Numbered from the stretch's first letter, positions 1-10,343 are shown. The stretch is DNA of 64,000 nucleotides from Candidatus Bathyarchaeota archaeon (GCA_963780185.1 CAWABA010000001.1:32001-96000), one strand, 5' to 3'. A program made the numbers and translations. Notes: generated from the sequence alone by a model not told the origin.

Positions 1-117
1 TTCTTTTTTGTTTTCTCTAAATTTTGTTCAATTCAATTCTGTAACTCAATTTCTGTTAAGAAAAACGCGACTGGTTTCCTCATACTGACAGATTCTTTGG
101 AGATTCTCCGGATTTCG

Positions 118-169
118 TCTATATAGAGCATGCTGTTCTCAATATTTTATTTTGGATAGGGCTAAATAA
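118..169 (+). promoter_or_regulatory. Promoter block duplicated at 2609-2659 (TCTATATAGA palindrome ... TATTTTGGATAGG(G)CTAAATAA)
   Basis: ~50 bp near-identical to 2609-2659. Both lie ~45 bp upstream of a surface-protein ATG and end in a TAAATA TATA-like box. Confidence 0.75.
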
Positions 170-214
170 ATTCAGTTAGGAGTTAACTTAGCAAAGAAGG
201 GAGAGACGTGTTAT

Positions 215-1252
215 ATGAAAAAACTCGCAGTGGCATTTTTTCTCGTAGTCATCGTTTTGGCAAGCATGATGGTGCAGGTTAAAGCATCTTCAATAGTAAC
301 TCTTAAAGTCAATCCTGACCAAAACAATGCCACCCAATTCCCATACAACGTTTATTCGTTGTTGACCTTAAATGAGACCCTATCGTACAACAACATTCAA
401 TCCGTAACTTACCCAAGTGACGGACTCGTCGGAGTCCAAATTCAAGATCCAACAGGCGCCACGACAGTAATAAGAACCCTTTCAACCGGCATTACAGTTC
501 CATACAGCATACCCGCAACGGTCAGTCAAGCATACCTAAGCAACGGTCAAGAACAACAAATCAACAGCATAGGAATGCCCGGTGCGCTGAATCCTGTTAT
601 CCCAATGCTCTACTTCAGCGTCACCAACAACTTGAACACAATCCAATCGATCTTAGTCACCTTCAACGTATACGACAGCGCCGGAGTACCAATCGCCGAA
701 GCGTCTCAACCAATGAGTAACGTCGCAGCAACTTCCTCCTCAGAGGCGATTTTAGATTTCCAGATTCCATCATGGGCTCATTACGGAACAGCTTACGCTT
801 ACGTGGACGTTTTCAATACGTGGCCCAGCCAAGGCGGTGTCCCGCTTGGAGAGGAAAAAGCCTTCCAGTTCACCATAACTGGCAGCACGCCATTCCAAGG
901 AACTCCTCCTACGACTTTCAGTTTGAATGGTCCTCCCTGCGAGAACTTCAACATGACATTCAGGCTGCCTAAAAGTTCTGTTCCAGGCAGCTACACCGCT
1001 TATTCTTCTACAAATTACCTTGGGGTCGCTGGATCTCAAGTCACGCCTTTTTCAGTGGCGCTGCTTGATGACCTAAACGGTGATGGACACGTTAACTTTA
1101 ACGATGTTTCAACCTTTGTCTCGATGTACATAGCTTACTATTCCTCGTCTCACACGTACTCTGCGGCGATAGACTATGACCATAATGGTCGAATAAACTT
1201 CAACGACGTGAACCTCTTTGTCCATTACTACATACAGTACTGGAGCTCGTAG
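215..1252 (+). CDS. Secreted protein with C-terminal dockerin (duplicated EF-hand-like) domain
   Basis: Signal peptide MKKLAVAFFLVVIVLA; C-terminal paired DLNGDGHVNFNDV and DYDHNGRINFNDV Ca-binding repeats. Confidence 0.85.
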   Translation: MKKLAVAFFLVVIVLASMMVQVKASSIVTLKVNPDQNNATQFPYNVYSLLTLNETLSYNNIQSVTYPSDGLVGVQIQDPTGATTVIRTLSTGITVPYSIPATVSQAYLSNGQEQQINSIGMPGALNPVIPMLYFSVTNNLNTIQSILVTFNVYDSAGVPIAEASQPMSNVAATSSSEAILDFQIPSWAHYGTAYAYVDVFNTWPSQGGVPLGEEKAFQFTITGSTPFQGTPPTTFSLNGPPCENFNMTFRLPKSSVPGSYTAYSSTNYLGVAGSQVTPFSVALLDDLNGDGHVNFNDVSTFVSMYIAYYSSSHTYSAAIDYDHNGRINFNDVNLFVHYYIQYWSS

Positions 1253-1256
1253 ATTC

Positions 1257-2546
1257 ATGACCAAAAAAATCATCTGCCAACTGACAATCATCCTCATCCT
1301 GTCCTTCTCCATTATCTCATTGATTCCCAACGCCAAAGCTCAAACGCAACCAACACTTTCTCTTACCCCCTCAACAGTTCCCATCACACAACTCAGCCAA
1401 ACTTTCACTTTAGATGTCTCAATTTCTAACGTCCAAAACCTTTGGCAATGGGACGCCGCAATCGCTTGGGACCCCACGGTCCTAACTCTTCTTAACACCC
1501 CGCAAGAAGGAGCTTTCATGACGCAGGCGGGCACCACGATGTTTATTGCTATCCCTCCAGGAAATGGAACAGTCTCAGATATTGACGATACACTAATGAC
1601 TTCAACTGGAGCAAGCGGAAACGGGATCTTGGCGATACTCCACTTCCAAGTAATAGGGCAAAGTGCAACGACATCCGTTCTGCTTGACAACATCACCCTT
1701 GAAGGTCCCCTTCCAGCTGGATCAACCACGGGAACAGCGCATCCAGTGATAACGCCAACATCCACTTCTTCAACTGCGACAATCACCTTTGTATCAGGCG
1801 GCGCCCCCGCAGCTAACGCCGGCACGGACCAAACAGTACAGCAGGGAACAACAGTTACGTTCGATGGCTCAGGGTCGGTCTCGTCAGGGTCCTCTCCGGC
1901 GTATTCTTGGTCATTCATGGATGGCGGCGTCAAAAAAACTCTCACAGGCGTAGCTCCAACCTACACGTTTAGCACTCCAGGCGTATACGTCGTCACCCTA
2001 GCCCTCATGGACTCAAACGGCAACAGCACCTCCACGGTAACGATAAAAGTGCAAAGCAACAGCAAACCAGTCGCAGTAATCGCCATAGACGGCTTCAGCC
2101 AAGGGCAATCTGCCACCGTCGGGCAACCAATTACTTTCAACGGCACAAAAAGCAACGAAGCCAACAACGGAACGATAGCAAGATACCTGTGGGACACTGG
2201 AGATTGTTCATCAGGTACAAACGCAACTTTAACCCACACTTACTTGGTGCCGGGAACCTTCAATGTGACATTAACAGTTTTTGACGCAACCGACCTCAAC
2301 GGCACCGCGTGCATCCAACTCATCGTCGCGAAAAACCCAAACCAAACCCCAACTCCCACACCTAGCACTACAACGCAAACACAAACCTCCAGCCCCGACC
2401 CAACCTCAACATCAACTCCCACTGCAACGCCTCCATCAAACTACAATCCTCAAACAAGCTTACCGACAGCTGTTTTGGCAATCGTGGTAATAACTACAAT
2501 TGCAGTATTCGGCGGCTCAACGGTTTGGCTACGAAAAAGAACTTAG
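1257..2546 (+). CDS. Membrane-anchored cohesin + 2 PKD domain surface protein
   Basis: Likely ATG at 1257 with signal peptide. Cohesin-like FTLDVSISNVQNLWQW..WDPTVL..EGAFM..GNGILAILHFQV, two PKD repeats (VTFDGSGS..YSWSF; YLWDTGD..HTY..PGTFNVTLTV), P/T linker, C-terminal TM + RKRT. Confidence 0.85.
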   Translation: MTKKIICQLTIILILSFSIISLIPNAKAQTQPTLSLTPSTVPITQLSQTFTLDVSISNVQNLWQWDAAIAWDPTVLTLLNTPQEGAFMTQAGTTMFIAIPPGNGTVSDIDDTLMTSTGASGNGILAILHFQVIGQSATTSVLLDNITLEGPLPAGSTTGTAHPVITPTSTSSTATITFVSGGAPAANAGTDQTVQQGTTVTFDGSGSVSSGSSPAYSWSFMDGGVKKTLTGVAPTYTFSTPGVYVVTLALMDSNGNSTSTVTIKVQSNSKPVAVIAIDGFSQGQSATVGQPITFNGTKSNEANNGTIARYLWDTGDCSSGTNATLTHTYLVPGTFNVTLTVFDATDLNGTACIQLIVAKNPNQTPTPTPSTTTQTQTSSPDPTSTSTPTATPPSNYNPQTSLPTAVLAIVVITTIAVFGGSTVWLRKRT

Positions 2547-2608
2547 CGGAAAACGCCAGAAGGGACAACTTCAACTTCTTTTAACAAAATTCTTTTTCGC
2601 TTGATTTT

Positions 2609-2659
2609 TCTATATAGAGTCTGCTGTTCTCAATATTTTATTTTGGATAGGCTAAATAA
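2609..2659 (+). promoter_or_regulatory. Second copy of the duplicated promoter block
   Basis: Near-identical to 118-169. Confidence 0.75.
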
Positions 2660-2701
2660 CGTTAGTTTGAAGATAAAACACGGAAAAGGGAGAGAAATTG
2701 T

Positions 2702-3493
2702 ATGAAGAAATTCGTGTCAGTATTTTTCATCGTCGCATTCGCTTTAACTATCTGTATTGTGGTTGAGCCTTCACATGCAGCCACGACAACGACAATAACC
2801 GTTGACTCAAGCACCCAACAGTTTCCATCAGCCAAAGTTGGAGACACCATCCAAGTCAATATTTTGATAAACAACGTACAAGGTCTCTGGGCTTGGGACT
2901 TACCTGACATAATGTTTAATCCTGCGGTCTTGAACATAACCGGGATTACTGAAGGACCATTCCTGAAAGCTGCAGGTCAAACCATGTTCTTATGGACCTC
3001 AAGCTCCGCCCTTGCCTTCAGCCAAGGCGACATACCAGACACTGCAGACACACTGATGGAGTACACCACCGCAAGCGGAAGCGGAGTCCTCGCAACACTA
3101 TCCTTCAAGGTTCTGTCCCTAGGCACATCGCAGATTACTTTCAGCCAAACAACCCTATTAAGTTCAACAAACCTTGGATCAATCTCTAGCCCTAACTATC
3201 AGCAGATTAACTGCACAGCCACCGATGCTACAATAAGCGTAGGAGTTACTTCTATCCCCACAGCAAGCCCCACGCCAAGCCCAAGTTCCAGTCCAACTTC
3301 CAGCCCAGCAGCTGCCTCATCGCCTACGGCTTCGACAACTCACGACGCTCCATCTTCAAGTGATCCATCGGCAACCCCAATCTCGCAAAAAGTCCCAGAA
3401 TTCCCAGTTATGTCAATCCTGATTGGCGTTTTGGCGGTTGCAACTATCTCAGCGGTGCTGGCAGGTAAAAAAGCTAAGTTTAATACGAAATAG
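2702..3493 (+). CDS. Cohesin-domain protein with S/P/T linker and PEF-CTERM sorting signal
   Basis: Cohesin-like domain paralogous to 1257..2546 (NNVQGLWAW, FNPAVL, EGPFL, GSGVLATLSFKV). C-terminus is VPEFP + TM + KKAK. Confidence 0.85.
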   Translation: MKKFVSVFFIVAFALTICIVVEPSHAATTTTITVDSSTQQFPSAKVGDTIQVNILINNVQGLWAWDLPDIMFNPAVLNITGITEGPFLKAAGQTMFLWTSSSALAFSQGDIPDTADTLMEYTTASGSGVLATLSFKVLSLGTSQITFSQTTLLSSTNLGSISSPNYQQINCTATDATISVGVTSIPTASPTPSPSSSPTSSPAAASSPTASTTHDAPSSSDPSATPISQKVPEFPVMSILIGVLAVATISAVLAGKKAKFNTK

Positions 3494-3813
3494 CTTTTTG
3501 CCAATTTATTTAGTTTTTTCCAAACTCCGATTTGGAACTTGCCCTTTTCACCTAAGACTTCAAATTTTCAAAAATCACGAAAATAAATATTCCAATGATC
3601 CCGTTTTCCTTCAAGAGAGCACGAAACTTCCGTTTTATATATTCTAAAAAGAATCTATATTGATTCCATAATCTATTTGGCTAAAGTAAAATAGTTAACG
3701 ACCCGTTACTCCCCTCAAAAGGGAGCGCTTCGATTGTTTCGCGAAAGACGTGTTGTGAGCTTTACCGCTCAGTTTGCAGTAACACGTTCACCTGTCTTCA
3801 ATGGGGGGTATAG

Positions 3814-5464
3814 TTGAAGCGCAAAAACTTAGTTGGTTTGGCGCTGGTTTGTATCGTGGTTGCTTCAGTTTTTGCCTTAACTACGCGTTTCATTGATGCC
3901 CAAACTGCTCCAGTTCTAAGCATCGTGCCCACGGGCGCGAGCGGCGCATCGGGCACCACAATTATTTCGTCTCAAGCAGTCGGCACCACTTTTTCTGTTG
4001 ACGTTCGTTTAGACAACTACGCAAGCGTTAATGTTGGAGGCGCCAACAATGGTGTGAGTGAGATAAGCTATCTGGTACATTGGGATCCTGCAGTTCTGAC
4101 GGAAACAAATTTAGTTCATAATTCTTGGCTTCCTGACCAATCAAAGATGGGTACTTTACCTGTCGACAATACAAATGGCTATCAGACTGTTGGCCAGATT
4201 TGCTTCGGCTCGGATTCTCAAGAGACTGCTGACAGCTCAACGGGGTCAGTGTCTACTACCCTAACGTTCAAGGTGCTCTCTGCTGGTACAACCGCTCTTA
4301 CTCTTGCGCCAAGCGACGTCGGCGTCCCATACCTTTCTGCTCCATCGACAGTCGATAATAAAAACCACGACGTAACGGGAACAATCACATTTGACGCGCA
4401 GTACGGATTATCAACTTCACCTACGCCCATAACTTCTATCCCTCCCAGTCCCACGCCAACACCTGGGTCAGTTTACAGTCCGACCGCTGTCGTCTCAACT
4501 CAAAACGGAACAGTGTTCCAAACGGGTAGTCAAATAGTTCTGGACGGCAGTTCCTCAACGCCCGGATCGGACAACCAAATATGTCCAATAACGAATTATG
4601 CTTGGCTGGTTCAATATCCTGATGGTTCCCGATTCAACGCGGCCAGTGGCTCCATTGTATCGATCGTCGTGAACACTACAACGTCTCTTCGAGTAAACCT
4701 GATAGTAACAGCAAAAGATGTTAACACGTCCCCTAGCCCTCAATACGTGAACACCTCAGCAACAAGCATTTGGATAAATGTTGAACTGCCTCAACAAATG
4801 ACAAAACTTGACGTTTTCACCAATAAAGGCGGGACTGGACCAAATACGTCCAGCGGACCCTTTGGGCCTCAAGAACTGGTTCGATTATTCGCCTATGTTT
4901 CCTTCAACGGAGACTCCTCAACCCAACGAAAACGTTGTATTCACCGTGATTAATCCTAACGGGACAATTATCTCTGTACAGGCAACACTCACTAATTCAT
5001 CGGGTTATGCCTATTCGGACTACAGAACGCCGAACATTGGGACATCAAATTTTGGGACATGGACTGTTTTGGCTTCTGTAGATGTCAATCAAGTAGTAAT
5101 GACTGACTCAGTTACTTTTGAATACAATTACCTTGTCACCGTTAACGACATAACGTTGCCTGCAAGCGTCCACCGGCAATCCTCCGTGACCATCAATTTA
5201 GCTATTCAAAACACCGAAAACTACACGTCCTCAGCAACCATCACCATAACGGTTTACGATCAAAACGACGTACCGATTTACTCCTACCTGACTACCGTAA
5301 ACAACTTGGCTAACACAGGGTCAATTTCAACAACATTCACCATTCCCTCAACAGCTTTTGTCGGGCAAGCAACAGTTTACGCCAACGTTTTAACCACTAA
5401 TCCTTTGTCTGGCGGAGTTCCTTTCTGCCCTGAACGAACAGCAAATTTCCAAATAATATCCTAG
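3814..5464 (+). CDS. Secreted cohesin-like + PKD + Ig-like protein, one frameshift near 4911
   Basis: ORFs 3814..4953 and 4808..5464 join to give a full-length paralogue of 5501..6757 (DVFTNKGG..GPFGP..PNENV.F). Confidence 0.75.
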
Positions 5465-5500
5465 GCGAAAAAAAAAATGAAGTCTCGGGAGATGAACTGA

Positions 5501-6757
5501 ATGAAACGCAAATCACTGATGTGCTTAATCTTAATTGTCATAGTAGTTTTTTCTGTTTTTTCTATGACTACCCGCTTTATCGACGCCGTGAATAATCCAG
5601 TTTTAAGCGTCGTCCTTTCAGGTACTACGAGCACAAATTCTATTTCCTCAGCCGTTGGAGCAACTTTCAATGTTGACGTCCGCGTCGATAATATCGGCAG
5701 TGTAACTCCAGGCGTAAATTGCGTCAGTTACGGTTTAACTTGGAACCCTGCGGTTCTATCATGCACAGCTAAAAGCGATAATTCTTGGTTGCCCAGCCAA
5801 TCAAGTATGGGCGATTTGCCCCTTAACAGCACAAGCGGGATGGAAATCATCGGTCAAATTGCCTTCGACATAAGTAACCCTGCGGCTTGTGCAACAACTG
5901 GCGGCGTAAGCGTCAACTTTACCTTTCAAGTAGTCTCAGCGGGCACCTGCACTATTGGGCTTCAGCCCAGCGACGTCGGCGTCGCATACCTCACCTATCC
6001 AGATAGCCAAGGCAATAGTCATAATGTCGTCGGAACCACAACATTGAACGCAACGTTCACTTCGTCGGCTCCATCCAATTCTTTAGTTAACATCGACGTA
6101 TTCACCAGTAAAGGCGGCGTCGGCAAGAGTGCAAGCGGCGGGGCATACGGACCCCTTCAAATGGTCCCGACTTACGCCCTAGTTACTTATGGTGGCGCTT
6201 CAATGCCTAACGAAAATGTCATGTTCACCATACTTGACGCAAACGGAACCTCTTACTATAGGCAAGGCGTCACAAACGAAAGCGGCGTCGCGACGATTCA
6301 ACCCAGCTTTCGGCTTCCCGCACCCGATTATGGTTCTCCTCATACAAGCTTTGGAAAATGGTCAATAACTGCTTCAGTCACCGTGTCGGGAGCAACAATG
6401 AGTGACAATGTAACATTTACTTTCGCCTACTTGACCGGCATAGGAAACGTAACAATCCCAGCCAGTACCCACAGAAACGAATCCCTACCAATTCAACTCA
6501 CAATAAACAATCAGGAGATTTCTGCCCAATGGACAAAGCTAAGCATTACGCTGTTTGACCATGCAGGCGCGCCCATCGGCTCCTCCATCATAACGGCATC
6601 TGGGCAAACAGAAAATATCACCGTCGTGGACGCAGCCATCACTATACCCTCATGGGCATTCACCGGGCAAGCAACCGCATACCTGTGTCTGCTCTCTAAT
6701 TCAACAAACGTTCCATTAGCCCCCGAAAGTACAGCAAAGTTCAACATCCTATCCTAA
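5501..6757 (+). CDS. Secreted cohesin-like + Ig-like domain protein
   Basis: Signal peptide; FNVDVRVDN..WNPAVL..FTFQVV cohesin-like N-domain; paralogue of 3814..5464 lacking the PKD. Confidence 0.8.
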   Translation: MKRKSLMCLILIVIVVFSVFSMTTRFIDAVNNPVLSVVLSGTTSTNSISSAVGATFNVDVRVDNIGSVTPGVNCVSYGLTWNPAVLSCTAKSDNSWLPSQSSMGDLPLNSTSGMEIIGQIAFDISNPAACATTGGVSVNFTFQVVSAGTCTIGLQPSDVGVAYLTYPDSQGNSHNVVGTTTLNATFTSSAPSNSLVNIDVFTSKGGVGKSASGGAYGPLQMVPTYALVTYGGASMPNENVMFTILDANGTSYYRQGVTNESGVATIQPSFRLPAPDYGSPHTSFGKWSITASVTVSGATMSDNVTFTFAYLTGIGNVTIPASTHRNESLPIQLTINNQEISAQWTKLSITLFDHAGAPIGSSIITASGQTENITVVDAAITIPSWAFTGQATAYLCLLSNSTNVPLAPESTAKFNILS

Positions 6758-6939
6758 ATCCAAGGAAAAATCGTGTGATTTCAACCACATAGACACTATA
6801 TTTTTCCTTTTTTCTCAAAGGAACTATTTTCTAAATTTCAAAACCTCTGACTCTATTGAGTCTATTTGGATAATGGGTAAATAGTTTTGCGGCGGGAAGA
6901 CTTCAGGAGAGGACGAAAGGCAAACGAAAGAGGCTTAAT

Positions 6940-7352
6940 ATGCGGAATGTCGTTTTGGCAGCTCTTTTAATTTTTCTTATAATGACTTCAACCATTTACG
7001 TGGACGGGGCTTTTTTCTCTCAAGCACATCAAGTCACAGTCAACGCCGCAACGACATACCACTTTGTTGCAACTGGTTCTCCCGCTTCAGTGACCGCTGG
7101 GCAGTGAAAGGCGCCTCCGACGGGGCATCAGGCACGGCACATTTGACAGTAAAAAATGTGGTTTTAACAGCGGATTTGAATCACGACGGCAAAGTCGACA
7201 GCCTTGACCTCATGTACTTTGTTTATGCTTACAACAATTTTGGTGAAAACGGGATTGTTGGCCCCATCTGCGATTTTAACCATGACGGGCAAATAAACTT
7301 CCATGACTTGGTGTTATTCGTACTTGCTTACATAGCATACGAGAAAAGCTAA
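6940..7352 (+). pseudogene. Dockerin protein with internal deletion/frameshift (signal peptide 6940-7107, dockerin 7104-7352)
   Basis: ATG 6940 gives MRNVVLAALLIFLIMTST...TAGQ-stop. The dockerin ADLNHDGKVDSLDL / DFNHDGQINFHDL follows in another frame. Confidence 0.65.
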
Positions 7353-7808
7353 AAAGCCAGCCATAACCTGACGCAGTCAAACATCAATCCAGATAAGTTG
7401 CCCATAGCTTTCTATCTCAGGCGTGCGTTGTTTAATTCAACTATTTAGATCACTAAGAAAAAATGAACGCTAAAACATACTATGATTTGTCTTTAGATTA
7501 TATGTGAAACTTTTAAGAACATTAAAAGCCTATGACATTTTGAACCCGCAAAGATGCAATGTCCCCTAGAAAACAGATAAGGTTCGGCGAGTCAGCCTTC
7601 AACAGCCACCACAAAAAATCCCTGAGATTGGCATCTCAAATCCTAACTCATATGTTGGAAGTTAGATTCGCCGAACAACTATTTTTAGTAACCACGTAAA
7701 TAATTCCAAATTAACCCAAATACGTTCTGAACAACCCGCCCATAAATCGGGCTGAATAAATTGATTTTCGGAAGATTAGTTCTATCTTGTAGGTGCTTTT
7801 TCAACTAA

Positions 7809-8336
7809 TTACTTTGGCAACCCTGCTTGAGAATCAAATCTTGCAAAAAGAAAATAAACCAAAATTCCATCTACAAACAACCCTGCAAACGATGCGGGTG
7901 CACCAACTGCTCCCAAATACAGAAACTGAACAAACTGGAAGCAAGCGGCCAACGCAAACATCGCCAACGCAGTAAAGCGAGCAAGCCTATGTCTAACCCA
8001 AAGTCCCAATCCTACAAGCAGAAGGTCCAGCCCGATAAGCCATGAAACTAATCCGATTGTTGACGTGCTCAAATTGGCTAGTTGCCCGATGTAAAATGGG
8101 ATTCCAGGTACCCAGTTGACGGAAGAAACTACCGTTTGGACTGCCTGACTTGATGCGCCTTTGACCGTCAAAATTAGGAAAAGCCCACCGATGATTAAAA
8201 CTACTCCGAATGTTATGACTAATTTGCTGATTAAATCGGTGATGAGTGGGCGGTCTGACGTGTACTTTCTGAGCTTGTTTATTGCGTCGGTAACTGGGGA
8301 AATATAGTCTTTTACTCCTTGCTGCATCTTTATCAC
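7809..8336 (-). CDS. Hypothetical membrane protein (~4 TM), overlapping the phoU stop
   Basis: Hydrophobic helices; 4-bp overlap with the upstream gene. Confidence 0.7.
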   Translation of the reverse strand: MIKMQQGVKDYISPVTDAINKLRKYTSDRPLITDLISKLVITFGVVLIIGGLFLILTVKGASSQAVQTVVSSVNWVPGIPFYIGQLANLSTSTIGLVSWLIGLDLLLVGLGLWVRHRLARFTALAMFALAACFQFVQFLYLGAVGAPASFAGLFVDGILVYFLFARFDSQAGLPK

Positions 8337-9388
8337 ACGAGTATTGAATCTACTGTTAAGTTCAGCACGATTTCGGCGATGTCGCAGGAATATTCAGCTG
8401 TTCTTCTGATGCTTTCAATAATCAGTCGCAGACTTGCGATGTCTTCAGTGTCGATTTGGGATGATGCAACCGCTTCCCGCTCTAAAATCCCAACTTCCTT
8501 AATGCTTTCTATGATTGTTTCAGCTCGGTTGTAATCTTGCCTGAAAAGTGACTCCATTGCAGTATCAAACATTTTAATCGCTACAGCGCTCATTTTCTCT
8601 ATTTTTCCTGAAACATCGCTGTCCAATTTGTGTTTGAGCGTCAACACGTTTTCAGCTATCTTAACAGCGTGGTCTGCGGTTCGTTCAACGGACTTGGTCA
8701 CGAGACGGTAACCCAAGCAGTCTTTGCCGCTTGCAAGACCAATTTCTTTGCTTACACGGGGGTTTTGTATCGCCGTCTTTAACTGCCTTATTACGTAAAG
8801 ATTGAACCTGTCTACTTCATTATCTGTCGTTATTACGTCCTTGAGCGATAAGTTGTCGTTTGAGCCGAGGCATGATATCGCGTCTTTATGCATCGACGTT
8901 GTAATTATGCTCATTCTTCGAAGAGCACTTTGAATGGTCAATTCAGGGTAGCTTAAAAGAACCTGCAGCATCAACTGAACAGAAGTGTCAGTCACGATTT
9001 CGGTTCCAACAAGCATCCGCCGCACAAAAGCCTTCACGTCATGCCTCTGATTGGACGATAAGGATTGTTTATCTGATTTAATATGAATAGAGTTGTAACC
9101 CGACAAATATGCCGACACGATCTTTCTATTGATCATTTCAGTATCATCATTAGCGGAAACCAGAATCGTGGCTTCATCTAGCCTTTTCTGAACTCTTGAG
9201 CTTGGAGGAACAATCGTTAACAATCCGCTTTCTTCTTCATGAAGTTTAATGAAACTTCCCTTTTTCAGTTGATTTTGAGCTATCCAGTTTTTCGGCAGCG
9301 AAATAATATATGTGGAACCACCTGTAAACTGAATTTTCCGTGTTTCATCGTCCACTTTTGCCTGCCACAAACTTAGCCCTTCTCTCAC
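8333..9388 (-). CDS. phoU: Archaeal phosphate uptake regulator (AbrB/SpoVT N-domain + PhoU domains)
   Basis: ETRKIQFTGGSTYIISLPKNW AbrB-like start; DNEVDRF, ERTADHA and RTAEYSCDIAE PhoU motifs. Confidence 0.9.
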   Translation of the reverse strand: MREGLSLWQAKVDDETRKIQFTGGSTYIISLPKNWIAQNQLKKGSFIKLHEEESGLLTIVPPSSRVQKRLDEATILVSANDDTEMINRKIVSAYLSGYNSIHIKSDKQSLSSNQRHDVKAFVRRMLVGTEIVTDTSVQLMLQVLLSYPELTIQSALRRMSIITTSMHKDAISCLGSNDNLSLKDVITTDNEVDRFNLYVIRQLKTAIQNPRVSKEIGLASGKDCLGYRLVTKSVERTADHAVKIAENVLTLKHKLDSDVSGKIEKMSAVAIKMFDTAMESLFRQDYNRAETIIESIKEVGILEREAVASSQIDTEDIASLRLIIESIRRTAEYSCDIAEIVLNLTVDSILV

Positions 9389-9590
9389 TTAACCAACAAG
9401 TACGTTTTGCCCTAATTGAATTACATAATAAATCTCTTCGCTAAAGAGATTATATATTAAATTATAATCTATGATGGCTATTGTGGAAACCAATATAACC
9501 CGCACGCTTCCCAGTGACTCCCCGGGGAGAGTAGCATTTCCCATTAAGCAAACAGAATAAACGCTAAATCGGGTAAGGAAAGGAAAAAAC

Positions 9591-10343
9591 TTGGGGAAAG
9601 TCGAGACTAGAAAATTCAATCTTTGGTTTAAAAATAATCACGTCCTCAAAGACATCGATTTAAACATTAAAGAAAACGCTGTCACGGCGATCATGGGGCC
9701 TTCAGGCTGCGGCAAATCGACGCTTCTGCGTTCAATCAACCGCATGAACGATCTCATCAACGGTTGCCGCACAACAGGAGAGATAAGGGTTGACGGACAA
9801 AACGTCTACGCTGACGGCAACAACGTTTACGATTTAAGAAGAAGAATAGGCATGGTTTTCCAAAAACCCAACCCGTTCCCCAAATCCATCTTCGAGAACG
9901 TGGCTTTTGGCCCCCGAATTCACAGCATGGCAAAAGGCGAAAAACTCGATGAACTTGTGGAGAAAAGCCTCAGAGGCGCCGCTTTATGGAACGAGGTCAA
10001 AGATCGACTAAACGAAAGTGCCTTTTGCCTTTCAGGAGGGCAGCAACAGCGGCTTTGCATTGCGCGTGCGTTGGCGGCGGAGCCTGAGCTTATTTTGATG
10101 GATGAGCCGTGTAGCGCTTTGGATCCTGCTGCGACTGCGCGCATTGAATCGCTTGCTGTGGAGCTTAAGCAGAAGTATACTGTTATTATTGTGACTCATA
10201 ATTTGCAGCAGGCGGCTAGGGTGTCTGATTTTACTGCTTTTATGTATGTGGGTGAGTTGGTGGAGTATGATGATACGAAGTCGTTGTTTGAAAACCCGAA
10301 GAGTGAGTTGACTCATAACTATATTACTGGGCAATTCGGTTAG
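9591..10343 (+). CDS. pstB: Phosphate ABC transporter ATP-binding protein
   Basis: [54 protein letters not shown]. Confidence 0.95.
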   Translation: MGKVETRKFNLWFKNNHVLKDIDLNIKENAVTAIMGPSGCGKSTLLRSINRMNDLINGCRTTGEIRVDGQNVYADGNNVYDLRRRIGMVFQKPNPFPKSIFENVAFGPRIHSMAKGEKLDELVEKSLRGAALWNEVKDRLNESAFCLSGGQQQRLCIARALAAEPELILMDEPCSALDPAATARIESLAVELKQKYTVIIVTHNLQQAARVSDFTAFMYVGELVEYDDTKSLFENPKSELTHNYITGQFG

